DNA from: an uncultured Desulfospira sp.
GTDB taxonomy: Bacteria; Desulfobacterota; Desulfobacteria; Desulfobacterales; Desulfobacteraceae
Length of the DNA stretch: 64,000 nucleotides
Direction of reading: 5' to 3'
Assembly: GCA_963663165.1 (NCBI GenBank)
Contig: OY760175.1
Location: forward strand, 3,616,001 to 3,680,000
The first letter of the stretch is position 1, and each line of letters starts with the position of its first letter. Shown one piece after another: positions 8,781-17,983 of this stretch. The position numbers and the translations under genes are program-made. The notes under the pieces were generated by a model. That model had not been told where the DNA came from. It saw only the letters and a program-made list of their open reading frames with translations, and ran no database searches.

Positions 8781-9276
8781 ATTGGAGTACAACATATGAA
8801 ATAACCAGGCTGTATGCCGGTGTAACAGACCGAAAATACGGATAACAATCCGCCAAAAGGGAAAAAAGGACCGCCGGCTTTTTGAGCATGGTTAAATAGC
8901 CGGGCTTTCAGCATTTTTGCAGGTTGTTGTAATATCAACCCTATCGAAAATCCTATGTCAGACCAGCATGAAGTCAGGTCCTGAAGCATAAAAAAAGTAA
9001 TATTTCAAGACCTGGCCCTTTTCACATTTTTTTTGCAAAAAGACCGTTGATGTGATATCTGAAGCCTTTCTGTTAGGCTCATAATCAAATTAAAAATCCA
9101 TGATGCGCCGAAAGAAGCGGGAATTTTAAGTTGCCTTCAAAGCACGCCAATGGAAGCATATTTCAATATGTGCCCCTTAGCGTAACGGGGATGGCCAACC
9201 AAAAGACAAGCATCCGGGAGGTTGTATTTTGATCATGAGTCTTAAATCATGTTTCATAGAAAGGAAGTTCTACACA

Positions 9277-9849
9277 ATGGGTACAAAGTTTTTTGCATGT
9301 ATGTTTGGCGGATTGATGATTTTAGCAAATTGTTCACTGGGGTTTGCCGGAACTGTCTGGCTGGATGAAGTCGTTTTGTTTGACCAGCCTTCAGGCGCTT
9401 CAAATGATGGCGGGCCTGCAAGCTATGCGTTGGGGGAAAATGACGGAAACCATGTTTCCATTGACATTCCGGAAACACTGATTCTGTCGTTTACAGACAA
9501 TACCGCGCTTGACGGTGAGGGCGATGATATTAAACTGTATCAGGTGATTTCAGGTGATTCGTATATTGATGTCTATGGCAGCATGGACAACATCACTTAT
9601 GTATATTTAGGCAGGACAAGCGGTAATGCCACGTATGATCTTACTGACTATGCGGGTCTTGACTATGTGAATTATCTTAAATTTGTTGGTCTGGATGATG
9701 GGGGGTCCGCTGACGGATACGATCTTGATGCAGTGGAAGCACTTAATTCCGGAGACCATATTTCCAGCGTTCCTGTCCCAGCAGCAGTATGGCTTTTAGG
9801 TTCCGGCCTGATAGGGATGATTGGCATCAGGAGAAAGAAACGGGAATAA
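9277..9849 (+). CDS. VPLPA/PEP-CTERM sorting-domain surface protein
   Basis: Signal peptide; acidic domain ending GYDLDAVEALN, related to the domain in 11557-12543; C-terminus VPVPAAVWLLGSGLIGMIGIRRKKRE. Confidence 0.9.
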   Translation: MGTKFFACMFGGLMILANCSLGFAGTVWLDEVVLFDQPSGASNDGGPASYALGENDGNHVSIDIPETLILSFTDNTALDGEGDDIKLYQVISGDSYIDVYGSMDNITYVYLGRTSGNATYDLTDYAGLDYVNYLKFVGLDDGGSADGYDLDAVEALNSGDHISSVPVPAAVWLLGSGLIGMIGIRRKKRE

Positions 9850-10292
9850 CCCGGATTTCCGATTTCTGTTTTCCATTATGGAATCCCGGCAGAAGTCGGT
9901 AAGACACAAATGAAGAACGCACAGCCCCCCTGATGCGTATCTCAGGAGGGGCCGGCTTGCCGTGTTTCGTTCACCGGACTGCATATGACAGGTGCTGAAA
10001 GAAGGCCGTCATACCGGAATCAGGCCATACTGATTATTATTGGGGGGGCAGTGTTCAATTAATTTTACCCTGCCCCCAACAATCACGGGCCGTCTCTTCC
10101 CGATAGCCTTTTGACAACTCCCAACCATCCTGAATCACTCTAAGATAAGGGATCTGCTAAAAAAGGGGGGATTATCGACTCCGGATCATCCCCTCAGAAC
10201 CTGCCTGCCCATTCATACTTTTTTTTAAAAGACAAACAGCGCTTACCTGTCAGCCGTAAAATTCTAAGAAACCCCAAATCGCAAAAACGTTC

Positions 10293-10340
10293 TATTATTC
10301 AGCAAAAAAATCCTGTTATTTAGCAAAGAAATCCGAGAAT
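10293..10340 (+). promoter_or_regulatory. Tandemly duplicated PEP-CTERM leader motif (copy B)
   Basis: TTATTCAGCAAAAAAATCC-tg-TTATTTAGCAAAGAAATCCGAGAAT. Confidence 0.55.
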
Positions 10341-10825
10341 CAATTTTTTTTTTATTGTAATACTTAAATTAACATTTAACTAATCTTTATAAGAGGGCGC
10401 CTTTGTGTAGAAAAGGGCGCCTCTGCAGATAAGTTTTTTTGTCCGGATATTGCCACTTGGAAAGGAGATGATATCGACCGATAACTTTAATTCTAATAAA
10501 AAAGGAAGGCCCGCATGCCTCCGCCAAGATGCGTTGCGGGCCTTCAAAGAACGCTCCGGCACTTAAGGCCGGCACGGAATCCGTTCCCTGATGGAAACGG
10601 CATTCCAAATTTTTACCACAGCCTGCCGTGCAAATCAATACAACCGGGCTGGTCTCCCGGTCCGTGCCATTAGCGTAACATCCTTATTTTTTGATTATTG
10701 CGTAACCTGTATGCGGCCTGCATGTGGCTCGCCCGCGGCAGGCAGGTATAAAAAAACGTTCTTTGTGCCCAGAGAATAGACAGAAAAAAACATTCAATCT
10801 GAAAAAAAAAGAAAGGACAAATGAC

Positions 10826-11467
10826 ATGAAAAGAGTTTTCAACGTAGTGTTAGCTCTGAGTTTTGTAATCGCTGTATCCGGCTTGCTGTCGCCGGCGGCC
10901 GCGGCAACGGTCACTGTTTATACAGACGAAGCTTCGTTTGCCGCCACCCTTGGTTCTTACTATTATGAGGATTTTAGCAACTTTCCTGAGACTGGGGAAG
11001 AAGGACCTGAATCGATAGACATGGGGCCGGAAAATGGTTTCAGCTACACAATGAAAGGTGATGACAGTTCTCTTTATTACAGCGATGGGGCTATATCCGT
11101 ATGGGAGGACTATGATGCCCTTACAATTGAATTTACAGGTGATGCGGTAACCGCCTTTGGTGGAAATTTCTGGCCCACTACAGCTGAACTGACAAACAGA
11201 GTATTTGACATTACCATTGATATTTCTTTTGCTGACGGCAGTAGTTATTCTTACACAATAGAAGATGCGGATGTGAATACCTTCATTGGTTTCAGCAGCT
11301 TAGAAGCCATCTCCTCATTCACCATTTCCGAAACCGTATATTACCTGTATCCCACAGCAGATAACCTGTACGTCGGCAGTACTTCCTCAGTGCCTGTTCC
11401 GGGTGCCATATGGCTCATGGGCGGCGGCCTTTTGGCCCTTGCCGGCATTCGCCGCAGGAACGCCTGA
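10826..11467 (+). CDS. VPLPA/PEP-CTERM sorting-domain surface protein
   Basis: ATG 10826 with RBS AAAGGA; signal peptide ending PAAAA; C-terminus VPVPGAIWLMGGGLLALAGIRRRNA. Confidence 0.9.
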   Translation: MKRVFNVVLALSFVIAVSGLLSPAAAATVTVYTDEASFAATLGSYYYEDFSNFPETGEEGPESIDMGPENGFSYTMKGDDSSLYYSDGAISVWEDYDALTIEFTGDAVTAFGGNFWPTTAELTNRVFDITIDISFADGSSYSYTIEDADVNTFIGFSSLEAISSFTISETVYYLYPTADNLYVGSTSSVPVPGAIWLMGGGLLALAGIRRRNA

Positions 11468-11556
11468 TATAAATTGAAAGTAACAGCCCCTTGGCCTTTT
11501 TGGGGGGACAAGGGGGCCTGGCTAAACAAAAGGATGATCCTTAAAAAGGAGGAAAA

Positions 11557-12543
11557 ATGGTTTTTAACAGATTCGGTAAAATGATTTTCACCGTATTGGC
11601 GCTGTCGCTGTTATTTTTCTACGGTTCGGCCCTGGCCGGCCCTTACACAGAGAACTCGGTGTACTATACCAGTTCCAAAATCAAGGCCTGGGCCACGGGG
11701 TATCTGAACTACCTGCCCTCTGATCCCCTGGACGAAAGCCTGTACGGGACCTATGCCCAGTATGCCGGGGTTTATAAAACGTTTCAGACACCGCAATACG
11801 CCACCGGCCAGGCTGATAATAAAATTGTCACCCTTGGCGACCTTTACCAGGAACAAATCGATGCCGGTGCCGCCTGCGGTGAGATCACCCTGACCTTTGA
11901 CCTTCCCATCGCCAACGGGGATGGCATCGACTTTGCCGTATACGAGAACGGTTTCTGGAATACCAGCGTATCACCCTATGGCATGTTTGCTGAACTGGCA
12001 TACGTATACGTTTCCACTGATGGTGAAAACTGGGCATTGTTTCCCGGCATTTCTCTGACCGAAGGCCTTGTTGGTGCCTACGGGTGTATTGAACCGACAG
12101 ACGTTTACAACCTGGCCGGCAATTATGCCAGGTATACCGGAACCGGGTTTGACCTGGACGATTTGCAGGACCATGAACTGGTTCTGTCAGGCCTTGTGGA
12201 CCTCAATGAAATCAACTACGTCAAAGTGGTGGACATCCCCGGCAGCGGCGATTATCTCGATTCCCAGGGTTACCCGATCTACGACGCCTGGGTCACCTGG
12301 GGATCAGGCGGGTTTGATCTGGACGCCGTGGCTGTCCTTAATGTCAAGTATCCGGACGGCGACCTTAGTGAGGACGGTACGGTAGACCGGGTGGATGCGA
12401 TTATCATCCGAAGCGCCATCGGATCTTCTCAGGGGGATGATGCCTATGCGGAAGAGGCGGATTACGACGAAGACGGTGACGTTGATTTTGCCGATTACCG
12501 GCAGTGGTACAAATATTACAAGGCGTTCATAAGTGAAAACTGA
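11557..12543 (+). CDS. Secreted cell-surface protein with a C-terminal dockerin-like (paired EF-hand) module and no membrane anchor
   Basis: Signal peptide; 'ITLTFDLPIANGDGIDFAVYEN...GFDLDAVAV' domain; C-terminus GDLSEDGTVDRVD...ADYDEDGDVDFADY. Confidence 0.85.
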   Translation: MVFNRFGKMIFTVLALSLLFFYGSALAGPYTENSVYYTSSKIKAWATGYLNYLPSDPLDESLYGTYAQYAGVYKTFQTPQYATGQADNKIVTLGDLYQEQIDAGAACGEITLTFDLPIANGDGIDFAVYENGFWNTSVSPYGMFAELAYVYVSTDGENWALFPGISLTEGLVGAYGCIEPTDVYNLAGNYARYTGTGFDLDDLQDHELVLSGLVDLNEINYVKVVDIPGSGDYLDSQGYPIYDAWVTWGSGGFDLDAVAVLNVKYPDGDLSEDGTVDRVDAIIIRSAIGSSQGDDAYAEEADYDEDGDVDFADYRQWYKYYKAFISEN

Positions 12544-12560
12544 TTTAAAAATTGCCGATG

Positions 12561-12650
12561 ACGGCCAGGGCCGCCCTGGTTACCCGGCCAAGCATCGGCC
12601 CGAAACAAATATTGAAAGTCTTCTCAGGATGTTAGTGAGACTTTCTTATA
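12561..12650 (+). repeat. Dispersed ~90-bp structured intergenic repeat, copy 2
   Basis: ACGGCCAGGGCCGCCCTGGTTACCCGGCCAAGCATCGGCCC...GAAAGTCTTCTCAGGATGTTAGTGAGACTTTCTTATA. Confidence 0.8.
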
Positions 12651-12670
12651 AAAAAAAGGAGATGTGATCA

Positions 12671-13237
12671 ATGAAAAAAATAACGGCAATAACCATAGGT
12701 CTTCTGGCGGCTCTTTGTTTTGGCGGATCATACGCCATTGCCTCACCTGGTATCAGCCTGGATCAGACCGGGTATACCGGGTATATCGGAACGGTTTTCC
12801 AGGTGGAAGTCTGGCTGGATGCAGACGACTTAACGGATTTTGAACTGCTCTCTTTTGGGTTTGATGTCCTGGTTGAAGATGAGTCTGTCTACCATTACGC
12901 CGGGTATACCCTGGGATCGGATTTTGAGTACCTTGGATTTTACCAGGAAGACTACGTGGGCGGCATGGCCTTTCCAAGCGTAACCGATGATGAGGTCCTG
13001 CTGGCCATCTTGTATTTTACCATTGTGGGCGAAGGTTCCTGCGATCTGGACATCAGTGCTGAATATGACGGGTCCATGTACGGCCTCTTTTATCTGATGA
13101 CAGACACCTTCGAGGAAGCCGGTTACAGCTTGTCCTCCTCGGTTGCACTGGGGTCTGCCGTGCCTGTTCCGGGAGCCGTATGGATGATGGGCGCGGGACT
13201 TGTGGCCCTGGCAGGCATCCGCCGCAGGAACACCTGA
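12671..13237 (+). CDS. Cohesin-like domain protein with a VPLPA/PEP-CTERM anchor
   Basis: Signal peptide; ISLD...IGTVFQVEVWL...LLSFGFDV...VLLAILYFTIVGEGSCDLDIS follows the cohesin beta-sandwich pattern; C-terminus VPVPGAVWMMGAGLVALAGIRRRNT. Confidence 0.8.
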   Translation: MKKITAITIGLLAALCFGGSYAIASPGISLDQTGYTGYIGTVFQVEVWLDADDLTDFELLSFGFDVLVEDESVYHYAGYTLGSDFEYLGFYQEDYVGGMAFPSVTDDEVLLAILYFTIVGEGSCDLDISAEYDGSMYGLFYLMTDTFEEAGYSLSSSVALGSAVPVPGAVWMMGAGLVALAGIRRRNT

Positions 13238-13246
13238 TATAGAGTC

Positions 13247-13291
13247 AAAAAAATCAGGGCAGTTGCCAATCGGCAGCTGCCCTGAAATTTT
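13247..13291. terminator. Bidirectional intrinsic terminator
   Basis: AAAAAAATCAGGGCAGTTGCC-aatc-GGCAGCTGCCCTGAAATTTT between convergent genes. Confidence 0.75.
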
Positions 13292-13322
13292 GGTGTACTA
13301 TGCTTCCCGACAGGGTTCTGGA

Positions 13323-14633
13323 TTATTCCTCTTCTTCAGGCAGGTTCACTTCTGCCAGGTCCGGGCCCAGATAAATCCGCTCGCCTTCTCCGAGCACACC
13401 CAGAGCAAGGGCCAGCAGGGTCCATAAATGGATCGTATGATATTTGCATTCATAATGCTCGGCCAGTTTATGAATCTGGTCATGGCAGTTGTGGCAGGGG
13501 GTCACACAATAATCCGCGCCCGTGGCCACGATCTGGTTTTTCTTGGTCCGGCCGTACTCCAGACGGGCTTCATTGTAGCCGGACTGGAGATACCCGCCGC
13601 CACCGCCACAGCAGAAGTTATTAGAGTAGTTCGGCGTCATATCAATAAAGTTTTCTTCACCGACGCAGGCTTTGACCACAAACCGCAGATCTTCGGCCAG
13701 GGCATCCCCAAAGCTTTTGCGAACCTGCTGGCAGGGATCCTGAACCGTAAAGGTGACTTTAAGGTCTTTGTTCCAGTCGGAACTCGGGTTCAGCTTGCCT
13801 TCCCGCATCCATTTGGCATAATACCGGACCATGGGGGCAATTTCGAGATCTGTTTCAATGCCGAACTTCTGCTGGCCTTTCCATACGGAAAACGTGGAAT
13901 GGCCGCACTCGGTATTCAAATATACTTTACAGCCCAGTTCCATGGCGGATTCAATGGTGTTCCGGGTCACTTTTTCCCAGTTTTCATTATCTGCAAGGAA
14001 CATACAGTAGTTTTCACCGCCCCAGCCCCGGGTGCTGTAGGTCCAGTCTGCTCCCACAATGTGCAGAATTTTCCACAGGGGAACCATTTCTTCGGGTTCC
14101 ACACCGGGTTCACGGGAATTCTGGCTTAAGAAAAAATGAGCGCCTTCCTTATTGACGGGCGCCTCAAGATTTTCCCAGCCCGGCTGGTCCTCATGAACCT
14201 CATCAAGAATGTCACCGACCACCCACTCAAAATCTTCCTCAGAAATGCCCATGGCACTGCCGCTGGTATTTCTAAGGGCCATGTCACAGGAACCGACAAT
14301 GCCTTTGGGCCGTTCGTCCCGGGGCCACAGCTGCCGGGCCTCGTAGACCATTGCCGCGATGTCGATCTGCATGGGACAGACATAGAGGCAGCGCTGGCAC
14401 TGGGAACACATCCAGACCCACGGGTGCTTGGTCAGTTCTTCGTCCATCCCCAAAGCCACCATCCGGACAAATTTACGCGGATCCATATTTTCCAGTCCGG
14501 TTGCCGGGCAGCCGGAAGAGCATGCGGCGCATGTCAGGCACAAATTAAGGTTGGCGCCATTGGGCAGCTTGTCCATCAGATTCTTTTTAAAGGCTGCCTT
14601 TCTTTCTTTTCCAAGTTCTATTACCTCACTCAT
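13323..14633 (-). CDS. HdrC/HdrD-like Fe-S oxidoreductase (two 4Fe-4S motifs + CCG domains)
   Basis: CLTCAACSSGCP, CSQCQRCLYVCP, TECGH, QDPC, FCCGGGGG, TPCHNC. Start moved to ATG 14633 (RBS GAGGAG). Confidence 0.9.
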   Translation of the reverse strand: MSEVIELGKERKAAFKKNLMDKLPNGANLNLCLTCAACSSGCPATGLENMDPRKFVRMVALGMDEELTKHPWVWMCSQCQRCLYVCPMQIDIAAMVYEARQLWPRDERPKGIVGSCDMALRNTSGSAMGISEEDFEWVVGDILDEVHEDQPGWENLEAPVNKEGAHFFLSQNSREPGVEPEEMVPLWKILHIVGADWTYSTRGWGGENYCMFLADNENWEKVTRNTIESAMELGCKVYLNTECGHSTFSVWKGQQKFGIETDLEIAPMVRYYAKWMREGKLNPSSDWNKDLKVTFTVQDPCQQVRKSFGDALAEDLRFVVKACVGEENFIDMTPNYSNNFCCGGGGGYLQSGYNEARLEYGRTKKNQIVATGADYCVTPCHNCHDQIHKLAEHYECKYHTIHLWTLLALALGVLGEGERIYLGPDLAEVNLPEEEE

Positions 14634-15192
14634 AACATTCTCCTCTAAAAGGGTTGCTTTTCGGGTCAATATGCCTTTTTATGCGCATTTAAAAAAATGC
14701 CCTGTCCATAACTGTTTCCCCGGGTATCCGGCAAAGCTGCCAATGGCCGGACACACTGAAGCTCTCTTTACTGAATATACCTGAATCAAACAGATGAATG
14801 CTGGGAATAACACCAAATAGATAGCATCAATTTTTCAGGTTACTTAGTGCCGTCAAACCCGGGCAGGGAAGTGTAAAGCTCCCCTCATGTAAAACCGAAA
14901 AATCGAAGCATATAGACTTTTCCTGGTAGATTAAAAGCACAAAAAAATAGATAGAAAAAGTAGATAGGCTTGTCAAAGTGATAATACGAATACCTTACAG
15001 GAATGATTATTGAAAACAATTATAACCAAATCTTTTAAATGAAACCGATGACCTTTCAACTGAATTGAACTGGCCTGTCCGGGCCTGACTGTCTCGCCCA
15101 TTATCCTTCAGGCAAAACGCCCTGAAGGTGAGGGAAGCAAAGCCCCCCTCACCACAACAGGCGGCAAGGCCGTTTCAGGATCTGCGTTAAGA

Positions 15193-16242
15193 TTAATTCA
15201 TCAGTTCAATAACCTCATAGGGGTTAACACCGGCCCTGGTCATATCGGTCACCATCTGCTGAGTGACGGGAACTTCTTTAACTACGGTGACAAAATCGGC
15301 CGGTGTTGACAGATAGGGTGCCAGGCCGGTGTTGCATTTTAACCGGCTGATCCAGAACAAGGGGTTTGTTTTCCCCCCTTTGGGGGCAAAATCTTCTTCA
15401 GCAACCCCTGAAATGCTGCGGGCTTTTCCCCAGTTGTAGCGCAGGGCCACGGCCTTTCCGGTTTTGGCTTTATTGTCCCATATGATCAGAATGCCCCCGA
15501 TGTTGTCTGTTGCCGTTTCCCCCAAAACCGCTTTCTTTTGTTCGGCCGTCAGGTTTTTTACATAAAGGTTTTTCTTTCCCGGGGTCAGGTCCAGCAGGAT
15601 CTGGATGGCGTCCTCCTTGCACCAGTTCGGTGCGGCAATCCAGGTATAGGCCTCCCCTTTATTCAAGGGATATGTGTCCATGATAAACTGCGCAATCTGG
15701 TATCCGGAACTTACACCGGGGCAAAGGTGATTGTGAAATTCACAGCACTTTAAGAAATCATACGGGGCATTCTTTGCCCATGCATCCGTAATGGAGACCA
15801 GGGTGAACGTATCAGGACCGAGTTGTTGTTGTATGGTTTTCCAGCCATCGGGTGTCAGGGCCTGGTCAATGCCCATTTTAAGGCTGATTTTCCCCGCCTG
15901 TTGTCCGTTATCGGTGATGATCACCGCATTGCCCCCGGAATTTTTAACAAAAAGGACCACTTTTAACGGACTGTTGACCGGCCTGTGATACAACAGCAGA
16001 TTTTTTTTACCCATAGAACATCCGGTGATGTCACCAATTACATCCACGATCCCTTCCGTAGTCTCGCCGTTGACCTTGACATAGGTGGCATTGGTGAGGG
16101 CCAGCAGGTCAGGGCTTCCCTTTTCAACCCCGAGCTCTTTGACCCCCTCTGTGATCAGATTTGTCATATCAGCCGCCCAAAGGCCCTGAGCAAAACAGCA
16201 CATCAACATCATCAGCACAACAATTCCAACTAACCGTTTCAT
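15193..16242 (-). CDS. Secreted FmdE-family (metal-binding) protein
   Basis: Signal peptide; EFHNHLCPGVSSG (FHGHxCPG-type motif) and WCKEDAIQ..LDLTPGK; RBS AAGGAG. Confidence 0.85.
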   Translation of the reverse strand: MKRLVGIVVLMMLMCCFAQGLWAADMTNLITEGVKELGVEKGSPDLLALTNATYVKVNGETTEGIVDVIGDITGCSMGKKNLLLYHRPVNSPLKVVLFVKNSGGNAVIITDNGQQAGKISLKMGIDQALTPDGWKTIQQQLGPDTFTLVSITDAWAKNAPYDFLKCCEFHNHLCPGVSSGYQIAQFIMDTYPLNKGEAYTWIAAPNWCKEDAIQILLDLTPGKKNLYVKNLTAEQKKAVLGETATDNIGGILIIWDNKAKTGKAVALRYNWGKARSISGVAEEDFAPKGGKTNPLFWISRLKCNTGLAPYLSTPADFVTVVKEVPVTQQMVTDMTRAGVNPYEVIELMN

Positions 16243-16263
16243 CGCTCTTCTCCTTTTTTCCAT

Positions 16264-16316
16264 AAAAAAAGCCAAGAAAGCTGCCCGTACAAAGATACGG
16301 CAATGCCTTCTTGGCC
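16264..16316 (-). terminator. Leader terminator/attenuator about 20 nt upstream of the FmdE start
   Basis: Minus strand GGCCAAGAAGGC-ATTGCCGTA-tctttg-TACGGGCA-GCTTTCTTGGCT-TTTTTT. Confidence 0.65.
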
Positions 16317-16617
16317 TGAATTAAAAATATGTTCTGCAACGGACAGGGCCGCCCCGTTTTTTCAACCAGGACCGCCCAGACAAACTTTGAAAGCCACGAA
16401 GGGCACAGAAGCGGCAGCCCTAACAGCCTTCAGCTAAAGCCCCTTCAGTCTTTCATACAAAAAAAATCAGTTCTTCAAGAACCTGGGTTATGGGATATGT
16501 GGAATATTACACAAGCAATGTCAAGGATAATTTCCAGTAACCGCAGGGCAATCGCAAGTAAAACAAACACGCCTTTCCAGAATTGAAAATGAGGATAACG
16601 CCAATAAAACCTAGGGA

Positions 16618-16682
16618 TTTAGGCTGAAGACTGAAGCGGTTTAGGGTTGCGCATCCCTTCAGCCTAAACACCCTCAGCCTAA
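16618..16682. repeat. Inverted heptamer repeats (GGCTGAA/GACTGAA ... CTTCAGC/CTAAACA)
   Basis: ttaggctgaagactgaag ... cttcagcctaaacaccctcagcctaa; related tracts at 16419-16452 and 25830-25903. Confidence 0.65.
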
Positions 16683-16840
16683 TTACCTTTTTTACATTAT
16701 GATCATCGAAATCGGCATCACCAGTATGCAAATTCCATGCGATCACCCGGCACGGCAATGATTTCTGTCTTGCCAAATTCCGCTATTTTATGGTATGGGG
16801 AGTGTTTCACGAGACCACAAGCATACAGGTGTGAACTGAC

Positions 16841-17983
16841 ATGAAAGCATTATTAGCCCTGGAAGACGGAAGAACCTTTCCCTGCAGGAGTTTTACCGGC
16901 CCGGGAGAGGCATCCGGAGAGGTGGTGTTTAACACCAGCATGACCGGATACCAGGAAATCCTTACCGACCCTTCATATGCCGGCCAAATGGTCACCATGA
17001 CCTACCCTTTGATCGGCAATTACGGGGTCAACCCCGAAGATGTTGAATCGGATAAAATTCAGGTAGCCGCATTTATTGTAAAGGAATACCAGGATTTCCC
17101 CTCCAATTTCAGATCCAAAGGAACCCTGGCCGATTATCTGATCAAAGGCCATGTCCTGGGGATTGAAGATCTGGACACAAGGGCCTTGACCCGGCACCTT
17201 AGAAAATCCGGGGCCATGCGGGCCGTCATCTCGACTTCGGACCTTGACCCGGACTCCCTGGTTAAAAAGGCAAAGGCCGTCCCGCCCATGGAAGGCTCGG
17301 ACCTGGTGGGGGGCGTGACCTGCAAAAAGCCCTATTTCTGGAAGTACAACCAGCCTGAATATATCAGCCTTGAAAAGCTCAATGATCCGTTAATCTGGCG
17401 GTACAGGGGGAAAAAGCACTCGGTGGTGGCCCTGGATTTCGGCATCAAGTACAATATTATCCGGTGTCTTGAAAAGGCCGGATGCGAAGTCCTGGTGGTT
17501 CCGGCCAGAACGAGTGCCGATACCATCAAGGCATTGAAACCCGAGGGCATTTTCCTGTCCAACGGCCCGGGCGACCCGGAACCCTTAACCTATGCCATTG
17601 ACACCATCAGGGAGCTCATCGGGACAGCCCCCATCTTCGGCATCTGTCTGGGGATGCAGCTTCTTGGCCTGGCCATGGGCGGAAAGACCCTGAAAATCAA
17701 ATTCGGGCACCGGGGCGGGAACCAGCCTGTAAAAAATGTAGATACCGGCAAGGTGGAGATCACCTCCCAGAACCACGGGTTTGCCGTGGACCTGACCACC
17801 CTTGACAAGGATAAATGCCTGCTCACCCACATCAATCTTAATGAGGAATCCCTGGAAGGCCTGAAAAATGATTCAGCCGCCGTCTTTGCCGTCCAGTACC
17901 ATCCCGAGGCATCTCCCGGGCCCCATGACGCCGCCTATCTCTTTAACCAGTTTGCACAGGTGATCCAACATGCCAAAGCGTAA
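16841..17983 (+). CDS. carA: Carbamoyl-phosphate synthase small subunit
   Basis: [57 protein letters not shown]. Confidence 0.99.
   Translation: MKALLALEDGRTFPCRSFTGPGEASGEVVFNTSMTGYQEILTDPSYAGQMVTMTYPLIGNYGVNPEDVESDKIQVAAFIVKEYQDFPSNFRSKGTLADYLIKGHVLGIEDLDTRALTRHLRKSGAMRAVISTSDLDPDSLVKKAKAVPPMEGSDLVGGVTCKKPYFWKYNQPEYISLEKLNDPLIWRYRGKKHSVVALDFGIKYNIIRCLEKAGCEVLVVPARTSADTIKALKPEGIFLSNGPGDPEPLTYAIDTIRELIGTAPIFGICLGMQLLGLAMGGKTLKIKFGHRGGNQPVKNVDTGKVEITSQNHGFAVDLTTLDKDKCLLTHINLNEESLEGLKNDSAAVFAVQYHPEASPGPHDAAYLFNQFAQVIQHAKA

Noticed and set aside
8702..8989. 95-aa minus-strand ORF
   Set aside because: No RBS or family motif recognised; lies in a decayed repeat-rich intergenic region.
10560..10680. 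Sigma54 promoters for the PEP-CTERM genes (GGCACG words)
   Set aside because: No TTGC at the required -12 spacing.
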